From an uncultured Granulosicoccaceae bacterium (lineage in GTDB: Bacteria > Pseudomonadota > Gammaproteobacteria > Granulosicoccales > Granulosicoccaceae): 55,016 bases of DNA. The stretch is taken from NCBI GenBank assembly GCA_938038175.1, contig CALHRQ010000107.1:1-55016 (forward strand), written 5' to 3'. Shown here piece by piece: positions 17,785 through 26,062 of the stretch. Within the stretch, counting starts at the first letter, position 1; the number at the start of each line of letters is the position of its first letter. The position numbers and the translations under genes were made by a program. The notes under the pieces were generated by a model, which worked only from the letters and a program-made list of their open reading frames with translations, ran no database searches and was not told the DNA's origin.

Positions 17785-19150
17785 GCTTTTCAATACGCCT
17801 CTACTGGTCAGCCCGACCTATTTGGAAACCGTCTGTCGTTTTATGGAAGGCAGATTGGCTGGGGAGAAAAATGTTCCTGGTCTGGTGTATGAGGGAAAAG
17901 AACCCGTAAAAACAACCAGCTTCTATTGTGAGGTTGACTCTAGCCCTGTAGTGAGTGACGAAGTCAACAGTGATGCTCCGGCACAAATAGCCATGGTCCC
18001 TGTTATGGGTTCATTATTTCAGCGACCGAGGGGAATAAGCGGAGGTCGAGACTATAAGGCTATAAAAGAAGATATCAAATTTGTACTAAGCGATAGTGAT
18101 GTGGGTGGCATTGCGCTCATGCTTGACACACCAGGCGGAGAGCTCGCTGGAAACTTTGATCTTTCACGATGGATAAAAAACATTCAAAGTGAAACTGGCA
18201 AACCAATCTGGTCAATTGTTGATGAGGCAGCCTATTCCGCAGGCTATTCGATCGCGAGCGCGGGGGAGCGAATCATAACGACTCGATCTGGCGGGGTCGG
18301 TTCTATTGGCGTGGTTGTAGCCCACGCTAACTATGAGAAAGCCATGGAAGATGCTGGCATTGAAGTCACTTACATCCATGGCGGAAAGCACAAAGTGGAT
18401 GGTAATCCTTACAAAGCACTGAGTGCAGACGTACTTGCAGAATGGCAGGCGTCTATCGATTTTCATTATGGCGACTTTGTTGAACTGGTTGCACAAAATA
18501 GAGACATGAAAGAGAGCGATATCCGGAGTACGGAAGCGCGCACTTTCAATAGCGCAGAAGCGCTTCGAATCAGACTGGTTGACGAAGTCATGACAGCCGA
18601 CGATGCATTGCGTGAGTTCTACGCTCACATCAACAAACCAAGCGGCAGTTCCGCCGCTCAACCCCAAGGAAACTCAATGAAAGATGAAGATATCAAAGCA
18701 AAGGCGGAACTCGAACAACGAGTTGAAGCCGCAGAAAAAAGAGCCACTGCCGCCGAAGATAATGCAAAGGACGCAGCCACTGCCGCCGCTGCTGAAGTCC
18801 ACAGCAGATACCAAGCCGTCCTTGGTGACCGGCTTACAGAATCGGCCACAACTTTAATCGAATCGAATCTATCGATCGAAGAAGTCAAAAAAATTATGGG
18901 TGATACATCTCCATTTAAGCCATCAGAAGCTGCTCCTGCAGCAGGATCGCAGCCCACAGATGTTCTTTCTATGATGCGATCGAATGGCGCTTTCATGGAC
19001 CCGCAAACGCATAGCCAAGGTCATGATGCACTGCAAAAGGGTGGTCATGGTGCAGCTGCAGCAGCTGATATCACAGGGGTTGGCGAGTTTGGCGCAATGC
19101 TTGTCGATGCTTATCCCCAAAACCGCGCACCTGTGAGAGGTCGATCATAA
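17765..19150 (+). CDS. S49 prohead protease with C-terminal scaffold (gpC/Nu3-like)
   Basis: LDTPGG, AYSAGYSIAS, VGSIGV, GKHKVDGNPY; internal in-frame ATG 18677 after AAGGA. Confidence 0.93.
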   Translation: MKLLANRLFNTPLLVSPTYLETVCRFMEGRLAGEKNVPGLVYEGKEPVKTTSFYCEVDSSPVVSDEVNSDAPAQIAMVPVMGSLFQRPRGISGGRDYKAIKEDIKFVLSDSDVGGIALMLDTPGGELAGNFDLSRWIKNIQSETGKPIWSIVDEAAYSAGYSIASAGERIITTRSGGVGSIGVVVAHANYEKAMEDAGIEVTYIHGGKHKVDGNPYKALSADVLAEWQASIDFHYGDFVELVAQNRDMKESDIRSTEARTFNSAEALRIRLVDEVMTADDALREFYAHINKPSGSSAAQPQGNSMKDEDIKAKAELEQRVEAAEKRATAAEDNAKDAATAAAAEVHSRYQAVLGDRLTESATTLIESNLSIEEVKKIMGDTSPFKPSEAAPAAGSQPTDVLSMMRSNGAFMDPQTHSQGHDALQKGGHGAAAAADITGVGEFGAMLVDAYPQNRAPVRGRS

Positions 19151-19578
19151 TGAGCTGTGCTCCAAAATTTAATTGCTGGCCTGAAAAAGGCGGCAAACCA
19201 TCCCTGGTGGTGGAACGCAGCTATGGCTGCACACATCAACAGATGCGCCTTACACCGGGAGTAAACTACCCCGAAAACGCACCGCTTATGGTTAATCCGG
19301 ATGACCCGACTACGGTCATGTTGTGGCAACCAGGCAATACGCTTATCGGGGTGCTTCAGTGCGCTGAAGAGGCACTTGACCAGAAGGTGCCGTGCCCTCG
19401 AGAAATCTGGTGCAACGCATGTCTGGATCCAGATTGCATTTGCTGGCCTGTCGACCCTGAAGGCGGCGAACTGCAGCAACAAATCAATGACGAAATCACT
19501 GCAATGATGCTACCAGGTGCCGAAAATATCGCACCGGGATTAAAGCTGAAGCGCCGTGTCCCAACAGAGGCCTGCTAA
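19150..19578 (+). CDS. head decoration protein (gpD-like), Cys-rich
   Basis: Position between protease and capsid; LIGVL; 10 Cys in 142 aa. Confidence 0.65.
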   Translation: MSCAPKFNCWPEKGGKPSLVVERSYGCTHQQMRLTPGVNYPENAPLMVNPDDPTTVMLWQPGNTLIGVLQCAEEALDQKVPCPREIWCNACLDPDCICWPVDPEGGELQQQINDEITAMMLPGAENIAPGLKLKRRVPTEAC

Positions 19579-19581
19579 ACG

Positions 19582-20964
19582 ATGAGCTATCCAACCCAAA
19601 ATCCACTAATGGATCTGATGAATCAGCTCCAAACTAGTGATCCTAATGCTCAAGCATTTTTGCAGCAGCAGAGTCAACACCTGACTAATCTGGGCGCGAC
19701 ATTTAACCAGCCTGTAACAGCAAACGGTGCGATGCCAACGGTAGCTGGTCAGAATTATCGCATCTCTGCAGAAGAGCAGAAGCAGGGCATTACCAACGCC
19801 GAAATTTGCCACATGTGGCCAAGCACGCGGTTACGTCCGCTTGCTGACTTCGTTCGACCACGAAATCGGTTCTTCTCCAACACTTTTTTCAATAGAAAAG
19901 AGTTTCAGGACGAAGAAGCCGTTATGTGGCGGCGGTACTATCGCACATTTGCGATGATGCCAGAGTCTTGTCCATGTGACCCTGCGCCTGTTGGCGATAG
20001 CAACGGTTCATCCGAAGTTTATATGGCTGAGTTTGGTCACTTTGCTCTCAAGACCACACTGCAGCCATGTAAAGCCCCAGAAAGGCTCCCATCGCAAGCA
20101 CAAGGCATTCCTTGGATGCGCCTGCCACCACGGCTCCGTGTTGCACTCAAGCTAGCAGAAGATCTTGAGTATCTCGAAGACGCACGACAGAACCGGATCG
20201 AACACATGGTCATCGAAATGCTGACCAAGGGTGAGATGACGGTGCCTGTATACGACCAAATCGAGAAGAAGTTTATCGATAAGAATGTGGTCAACTTCAA
20301 GCGATGTGAATTGCTACAGGGCGGCAGCATCGAGTTCCCTTGCACCGACGACAAGTGTGTCGACCCATTGGTTGGGCTTCGTGATTGCGCGCGCCAGATC
20401 AATTGTTCTGAGCCTGGTGCCCTGGCCGACACAATCATTCTTGGTTGGCAGGCTTGTGATGAGCTAATGAAGAATCCACGTCTGTGCGAGATGATGGAAA
20501 AGAACGGTCGAGCAGGCGCGCGTATTTACGACCTGAACTTTGACTTAACGCCAAACGGTCGTTTTGGTGGTGTTGAGTTCAAAGGCCGACTCGGCAATTG
20601 GGATATCTGGTGCCACTCCGATTTTAAAGAGTGCGGACCCGGCGAAAAAGACAAGGCGATCGAAGACAAGGAATTTCTATTCCCACCTGATGGCATGCTG
20701 ATGCTGGATTCAAGCATGCTTGGTGGTTTCCAACTCTACGGTCCAACTGCTACTTGCAACACCATGGTACCGGTTGAGCGTCTGATTCAGACTTGGGAAG
20801 TATTCGATCCAGATCAATGCTGGACTAAGATGTCTATGACCATGATTCCTTTAGCTGAGCGAATCAATGCGTCTGCATTTAAGACAGTCAAAATATCTGG
20901 AAAAGCGACAACTGCAACTGCCAAAACATCGGCAGCCAAAGCGGCGGCAGGGGGTGGTAAATAA
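19582..20964 (+). CDS. major capsid protein, E family, Cys-rich
   Basis: FFSNTFF, RIEHMVIEMLTKG, KGRLGNWDIW, WEVFDP; 15 Cys in 460 aa. Confidence 0.85.
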   Translation: MSYPTQNPLMDLMNQLQTSDPNAQAFLQQQSQHLTNLGATFNQPVTANGAMPTVAGQNYRISAEEQKQGITNAEICHMWPSTRLRPLADFVRPRNRFFSNTFFNRKEFQDEEAVMWRRYYRTFAMMPESCPCDPAPVGDSNGSSEVYMAEFGHFALKTTLQPCKAPERLPSQAQGIPWMRLPPRLRVALKLAEDLEYLEDARQNRIEHMVIEMLTKGEMTVPVYDQIEKKFIDKNVVNFKRCELLQGGSIEFPCTDDKCVDPLVGLRDCARQINCSEPGALADTIILGWQACDELMKNPRLCEMMEKNGRAGARIYDLNFDLTPNGRFGGVEFKGRLGNWDIWCHSDFKECGPGEKDKAIEDKEFLFPPDGMLMLDSSMLGGFQLYGPTATCNTMVPVERLIQTWEVFDPDQCWTKMSMTMIPLAERINASAFKTVKISGKATTATAKTSAAKAAAGGGK

Positions 20965-21467
20965 TGATTGCTCCTTATGGACAGTGCTGGATAGATCCAG
21001 CAAGTCCGCTCTATAAGTTATCAGAGGGCGATAAGGTCTTTGATATTCAGAGCGGTTGCTTCATTTACCACCAGGAAGAGCCTTTCCTGGTGCGTGAAAA
21101 CATGAAATCGTGCTTTTATCGATCTAATTTACTTAAATCAGCGCAGACATTTCCTTTGTGGCATCAGCGCAATAGTAAATCGGTTGAGCATTTCACCAAT
21201 ACTGTGACCATACCGCCTGGTGAAACAGTGAAACTCGATACGCCAATTCTCCCTGCAGGTGAACTTGCTGCCAGGGTAGGGTTTGAAGCATTGACTGCCG
21301 ATGCAGTATTTGTTGCTGATACCAAGGCGATCGCTTCGGAAGCCGTCACGGATGGCACAGCCCCGCGGCCCAGTGACAACTTGTTGCTCGAGGGCAGCGA
21401 GGTTTTCCATGTCGCAAACTGCGGCACCACACCACTCAAGCTTGCCTACTCTGCATTCTGCAGCTAA
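20964..21467 (+). CDS. putative virion protein
   Basis: Coupled to capsid gene (TAATG); beta-rich C-terminus. Confidence 0.65.
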   Translation: MIAPYGQCWIDPASPLYKLSEGDKVFDIQSGCFIYHQEEPFLVRENMKSCFYRSNLLKSAQTFPLWHQRNSKSVEHFTNTVTIPPGETVKLDTPILPAGELAARVGFEALTADAVFVADTKAIASEAVTDGTAPRPSDNLLLEGSEVFHVANCGTTPLKLAYSAFCS

Positions 21468-21479
21468 GGAGAAATAACA

Positions 21480-22115
21480 GTGACCTACTTTAGTTCAACC
21501 GGCTACATGCCGGGTGTGGTGCCGCCTGCGCCAAAACCAGACATGCCTGCTGGCGATCAGCCCATGCATTCCTGTGGTGGCTGCGGCCATTGTATGCACT
21601 GTTGTGCCCAAGAAGACGTGCCGACTCCAGCCCCATGGCCTGGGGTACATAAGCTGGTCACCGGCGTATGTGAAGCGTGTGATCCCGAAACCGGCAAACC
21701 GCATCTGATCGAAAAATGCCTCGTTTGGAACCCCGAGTGCAAAAAATGGGAAGAGAAGCAATACGCGATCAAAGAGCTGCCGACGCTTTATAAAGCACCA
21801 GTAGGTGAATCGGTTGTCACATTGCCAAGCTTTGACGGTCCTTTCGAGGCACTCGATACGGATGGCAATACCATCACTTTGTATGGAAGCAGTGAAATCC
21901 CCGCCAATATGTCCGGATCTATTTTGTGCATGAATGGTGGAATGTGCTATCTGCCCGGCAACATTCCATTTCCAGACATTCCTGTCGAGATCCAGTGTGG
22001 CGGACCTCAACCAGCTGTTGATTCTGGTGTGAAGCTCTGGGTCGACAATGGCGTGGCCAAAACCTACAACCCAGAGATCGACATGTGGGTTCAAAACACA
22101 CCTTACGGAGCCTAA
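21480..22115 (+). CDS. Cys/Pro-rich putative virion protein
   Basis: AAGGAG RBS; CGGCGHCMHCC; C-terminal LWVD...KTYN...WVQ fibre-like motif. Confidence 0.7.
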   Translation: MTYFSSTGYMPGVVPPAPKPDMPAGDQPMHSCGGCGHCMHCCAQEDVPTPAPWPGVHKLVTGVCEACDPETGKPHLIEKCLVWNPECKKWEEKQYAIKELPTLYKAPVGESVVTLPSFDGPFEALDTDGNTITLYGSSEIPANMSGSILCMNGGMCYLPGNIPFPDIPVEIQCGGPQPAVDSGVKLWVDNGVAKTYNPEIDMWVQNTPYGA

Positions 22116-22119
22116 AAAT

Positions 22120-24165
22120 ATGAGCAATCAAGTCACTTTTGGCGACGTAGAGTTCGTCGAAGATGGGATTTATCTTGGTAGTAATGATGTTGAATATCAA
22201 TTTAAAAACGGTTGTCTTTTAGTAAAAACACCGGTTGATATCGATACTAATACCCAAGATGGGTACAGCCTCCCAGGCATAGCCCCATTAGATGTAGTTG
22301 ATGCAGCAACTGGAGAGCCTATTCTTCCTGGTGCGCCGGTCACTGTCTTTTTTGATGCGAATGGGGATATCGCTGGTTATAAGGACTGCACAGAAATAGA
22401 TACTTTCGGTGTGTTGATGACTGCTGATTCTTCTTTCACTGATAGTGCAGGTAATACCGTCGCGGCTGGTGATCAGTATATTTTGAATGCTGATGGTACA
22501 ACGGTATGCGCGGAAAAAACCGTCGATACGGATACCTTTGCCAGTCTAATTTTTGCTGGCGCTCCTGGCACTGACGATGCAGGTAATGCTTATATTGCCG
22601 GTGATGCACTTATACAGCTAGCCAATGGTGATTTAGTATGCGTTGATAAAACTATCGATACAAATGATGGTTTTGCATTACAAGGAATATCTGGTGCAAC
22701 CGCATCTGATATTGATTTTAATGGAGATACGATACCAGCCGGTGCCCCCGTTATTCGTTTTTACGACTCTAGTGGTCAGTTCATCAACGCTAAAGATTGC
22801 ACCGATATTGATACTTTCGGTATTTTGGTTGATGCGGCAGTGTCTGGAACTGATGATGCAGGCAACCCCTATTCTGCTGGCGATCAGCTTATACAGCTTG
22901 CTGACGGCAACTTCATATGTGCAGAAAAAACCCAAGACACAGATACATTTGCTGAACTGATTGTGGCTGCCGGATCGGGTATTGACGACGCTGGTAATGA
23001 TTATGCCGCAGGTGATTCTTTAATCATGCTGGCAAATGGTGACATAGTCTGTGTTGAAAAAACGATCGATACCGATACAGTTGACGGCTATGCGGTTCAA
23101 GGCTTTTCTGCTGGTGGCGATTCAGATGTTGATATCAACGGTGCGACGATACCGGCAGGCGCTCCGGTCATTAGATTTTACGATGCAAATGGACAATTTC
23201 TGAACGCTAAGGATTGCACTGATGAGTTCGGTGTGATCATGACAGCTGATAGTGCCTTTGTTGATTCCGCTGGAAATGATGTTGCTGTCGGTGATCAATA
23301 CATTCAACTAGCAGATGGCTCAACAGCATGTCAGGAAAAGACGGTTGATACAGTTGATGGTTATGCCACATTAGGCTTTGCTAATGCATCTACAGTTGAT
23401 ATTGAAGGCAACCCTATCCCAGTAGGTGCGGAAGTCATCAACTTCTATGACCCATCTGGGAATCTTGAGTATTCCAAAGACTGCACTGATGACGACACAT
23501 TCGGTGTGCCAAAATCTGCTGAGGCTGCCGGCACAGATGCATTTGGTAATGCATTCGCAGCTGGTGCAAATGTTATCGAATTTCCTGGCGGACTATTTGT
23601 CTGCATGCCTATGCGGTCTACTTATCTGGACTATAGTGACCCTTGTTTCATCGTTGAAAGAGATTCAAAAACTAATCTCACAGTTGGTCAGTTTAGAAAA
23701 GATACGATTGAATTCAATTCAGGCGGAATAGCTCAAAACTTTATCAGTACTGCTGAGGTTAACGAAATTCCGGCAGCGGGTGGCGAGTTGCTATACGAAG
23801 TATGCAAGACGTATGCAAATCCAAATCCATGTCGTAATTTTGTAGTCACTATTGACAATAAACTATCTGGTTGGTCATTTGCCCAGGTGCCAGTTGGTTG
23901 GTTTGGTACTGTATTTCTTGAGCAGTCTATTGACGGTGGTGCTTATCAAATACTTGATTCTGAACTATTCGATACACGGCAGAATAGTGGCCCTGAGAAT
24001 GTCAGTATTGGCGGTCTAAACGACTCAAACGCCATAGCTGTTCCAGCCGGTGGATCAATCGATGTTTGTCTGAGAGTGCGATTTGATGTCCAAGGCGCTG
24101 GTGGACCAATTCCATTCAGCCAAGTTGGAGGTTTAAAATCTAACTGTTTCGGTAACGCACAATAA
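22120..24165 (+). CDS. acidic repeat fibre-like protein
   Basis: Ten ~40-45 aa repeats of two types, one Cys each; beta-rich C-terminal domain. Confidence 0.8.
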   Translation: MSNQVTFGDVEFVEDGIYLGSNDVEYQFKNGCLLVKTPVDIDTNTQDGYSLPGIAPLDVVDAATGEPILPGAPVTVFFDANGDIAGYKDCTEIDTFGVLMTADSSFTDSAGNTVAAGDQYILNADGTTVCAEKTVDTDTFASLIFAGAPGTDDAGNAYIAGDALIQLANGDLVCVDKTIDTNDGFALQGISGATASDIDFNGDTIPAGAPVIRFYDSSGQFINAKDCTDIDTFGILVDAAVSGTDDAGNPYSAGDQLIQLADGNFICAEKTQDTDTFAELIVAAGSGIDDAGNDYAAGDSLIMLANGDIVCVEKTIDTDTVDGYAVQGFSAGGDSDVDINGATIPAGAPVIRFYDANGQFLNAKDCTDEFGVIMTADSAFVDSAGNDVAVGDQYIQLADGSTACQEKTVDTVDGYATLGFANASTVDIEGNPIPVGAEVINFYDPSGNLEYSKDCTDDDTFGVPKSAEAAGTDAFGNAFAAGANVIEFPGGLFVCMPMRSTYLDYSDPCFIVERDSKTNLTVGQFRKDTIEFNSGGIAQNFISTAEVNEIPAAGGELLYEVCKTYANPNPCRNFVVTIDNKLSGWSFAQVPVGWFGTVFLEQSIDGGAYQILDSELFDTRQNSGPENVSIGGLNDSNAIAVPAGGSIDVCLRVRFDVQGAGGPIPFSQVGGLKSNCFGNAQ

Positions 24166-24179
24166 AGGGTCAAAATAAA

Positions 24180-24380
24180 ATGAATGTCTATTACAAGATT
24201 GGTGAAAATATCAGTGGCGTAGTTAGCGGCACTGATTCAAAGGTTAACGAAGAGGGAAAGTCTGTCCCAGTACGACCTGATTTACCTCAAGGCGCAGAAG
24301 AAATCAATTTAGATCAATACAATAAGATTCAATCTGATAGTGCTGCGGCTTTTCAGAAAGCTTCTGCTCCTAAAAAGTAA
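24180..24380 (+). CDS. small protein, possible fibre chaperone
   Basis: Follows fibre-like gene; no Cys. Confidence 0.55.
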   Translation: MNVYYKIGENISGVVSGTDSKVNEEGKSVPVRPDLPQGAEEINLDQYNKIQSDSAAAFQKASAPKK

Positions 24381-24393
24381 ACCGTAAGCCTAA

Positions 24394-25995
24394 ATGCCAC
24401 TCATGGACCTAAAACAAATGGCGGCCGAAGCACATGCTTTGGCTAGACGGTTAAGCACTATAAAAGATGATGCAAATGAGTTTTATTGGCGTTTAAAAAA
24501 ATTGGGTGATAATTTGAATTCAGCAAACTTTCCTTGCGTCAAAACTGATCCGGAGGTTTCCAACTGCCAGGGCGATTTTGATTGTCAGAATTCCTACGAT
24601 AATATCGTATTCCGCAGCCGAATCGATCAATCTATTATTGATCCAAACTCACCAGAGTTCACATGCGCTCTGCCCTATCGTATAGAGCTTCCGTGGACGA
24701 ATTGCCAAGGCGATTATGCATTAACAAATTTCACTCCCTTAACTAGTAACAATGGGACTATTACTTTTGCTGGCAATGATGATCCAAACAATCCTACGGT
24801 CAATTATCTCGACTGGGATCCCGTTTCAAGCACCAATGATCAAATGGTTACATTTAATTTTGGTGCGGGTAATACCTTGTGCACGATTGAAGTGATATTG
24901 CGTGCATGCGAGGACGTGAATGAAAAAACCTTCCCCTCTGGACAAAGCTCATCGACGCTATTAGATGGAGGTAGCCTTGCGCTCCCAAATTTAGGTGGCA
25001 CTTTACAAACGGCATTTGATACTACAATACGATGCATAGCGAATGGCCGTCATACCTATTCGCGAAGATTAGCGACTAATGCAGATAATACAAAGCTATT
25101 ACTTAGTAATGGACAGATTTACAATATAAGCTCTAATCCGGCTAACTTTGTCACCACTATCCCGTTAAATTCAGAATCTGTATGGTCAATGACAGATCCT
25201 AATCTGATTTATGGAGTCAATTCGGCCACACAAGAATTCCAAAGCTATAACTGTTCAAGTGGCGTTCTCACTTCTCTTGGACCCAACAACGTCACTTCAA
25301 TAGGATCATTCGAAGGTCAGGTTTCTGCAAATGGAATCGTTGTGCTCGGCATAGGTGGTTCACCTTCGCTGCCAGCTCAGCTTCAAGTATGGGACATATT
25401 CTCAGGCAGCATGCTTGGAACGTTGCCCATTCCTGGGAACTACGATAACGCCAGCGTTTCAAATGACGGCAGCTGCATATTCGTTCATGATGTGCAGAAT
25501 CTCGGTGGGGGAATATTTTCAGGGACTGGAACCATTTACACCACGCCAAATCTGAATCCAATTCAAGTCCCTGTTGATGTTGGCCACGGTGACTTCGCAA
25601 AGGATTGTAATGGAGATACGGTCTTTGCCTACTTCAATAACAATATTGGCCGCATTCAATATATTAACTGTCAAAGCGGAGTTATTACGACTCTGAATTA
25701 TGGCGTTGGCGGTGGCGGACACCTATCAGGTAATAATTGCATTCGTGATGGAATAATTTACGGATCTTTTTACAATTTTAGCAACGGCCAAGAGTTTATC
25801 GGCGCTGTTGAACTTTGTCCTGGATCTAATTATCAAGAGATATGGGCTGCTGCTCCTGCACCATCTACTTTTCAAAATGATCCGGATAATTGCGCACCGA
25901 GACCATCTATTTCTAAAGACGCACAAAATCTTGTTTTCACCGTCTGCGATGAGGGCGGCGTTAATCCGAAGACCTATATTGTTACCTGTGATTGA
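24394..25995 (+). CDS. putative virion adhesin with beta-propeller-like C-terminus
   Basis: NADNTKLLL, WSMTDPNLIYG, VSNDGSCIF, RPSISKDAQNLVF blade-like motifs. Confidence 0.6.
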   Translation: MPLMDLKQMAAEAHALARRLSTIKDDANEFYWRLKKLGDNLNSANFPCVKTDPEVSNCQGDFDCQNSYDNIVFRSRIDQSIIDPNSPEFTCALPYRIELPWTNCQGDYALTNFTPLTSNNGTITFAGNDDPNNPTVNYLDWDPVSSTNDQMVTFNFGAGNTLCTIEVILRACEDVNEKTFPSGQSSSTLLDGGSLALPNLGGTLQTAFDTTIRCIANGRHTYSRRLATNADNTKLLLSNGQIYNISSNPANFVTTIPLNSESVWSMTDPNLIYGVNSATQEFQSYNCSSGVLTSLGPNNVTSIGSFEGQVSANGIVVLGIGGSPSLPAQLQVWDIFSGSMLGTLPIPGNYDNASVSNDGSCIFVHDVQNLGGGIFSGTGTIYTTPNLNPIQVPVDVGHGDFAKDCNGDTVFAYFNNNIGRIQYINCQSGVITTLNYGVGGGGHLSGNNCIRDGIIYGSFYNFSNGQEFIGAVELCPGSNYQEIWAAAPAPSTFQNDPDNCAPRPSISKDAQNLVFTVCDEGGVNPKTYIVTCD

Positions 25996-26021
25996 TCGCG
26001 ATGATTATCATGCCCAACAAT

Positions 26022-26045
26022 AGCCCTGCGAGACAGGGCTTTTTT
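26022..26045 (+). terminator. intrinsic terminator
   Basis: AGCCCTG-CGAGA-CAGGGCT then TTTTT. Confidence 0.85.
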
Positions 26046-26062
26046 ATACTTGGAGATAAAAG

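Noticed and set aside
21495-22127. 210-aa antisense ORF
   Set aside because: Shadow of 21480-22115, which has a strong RBS and fits the operon.
22250-23600. DGR template/variable repeat pair
   Set aside because: Repeats diverge at all bases and conserve protein sequence, not adenine-specific; no reverse transcriptase in the window.
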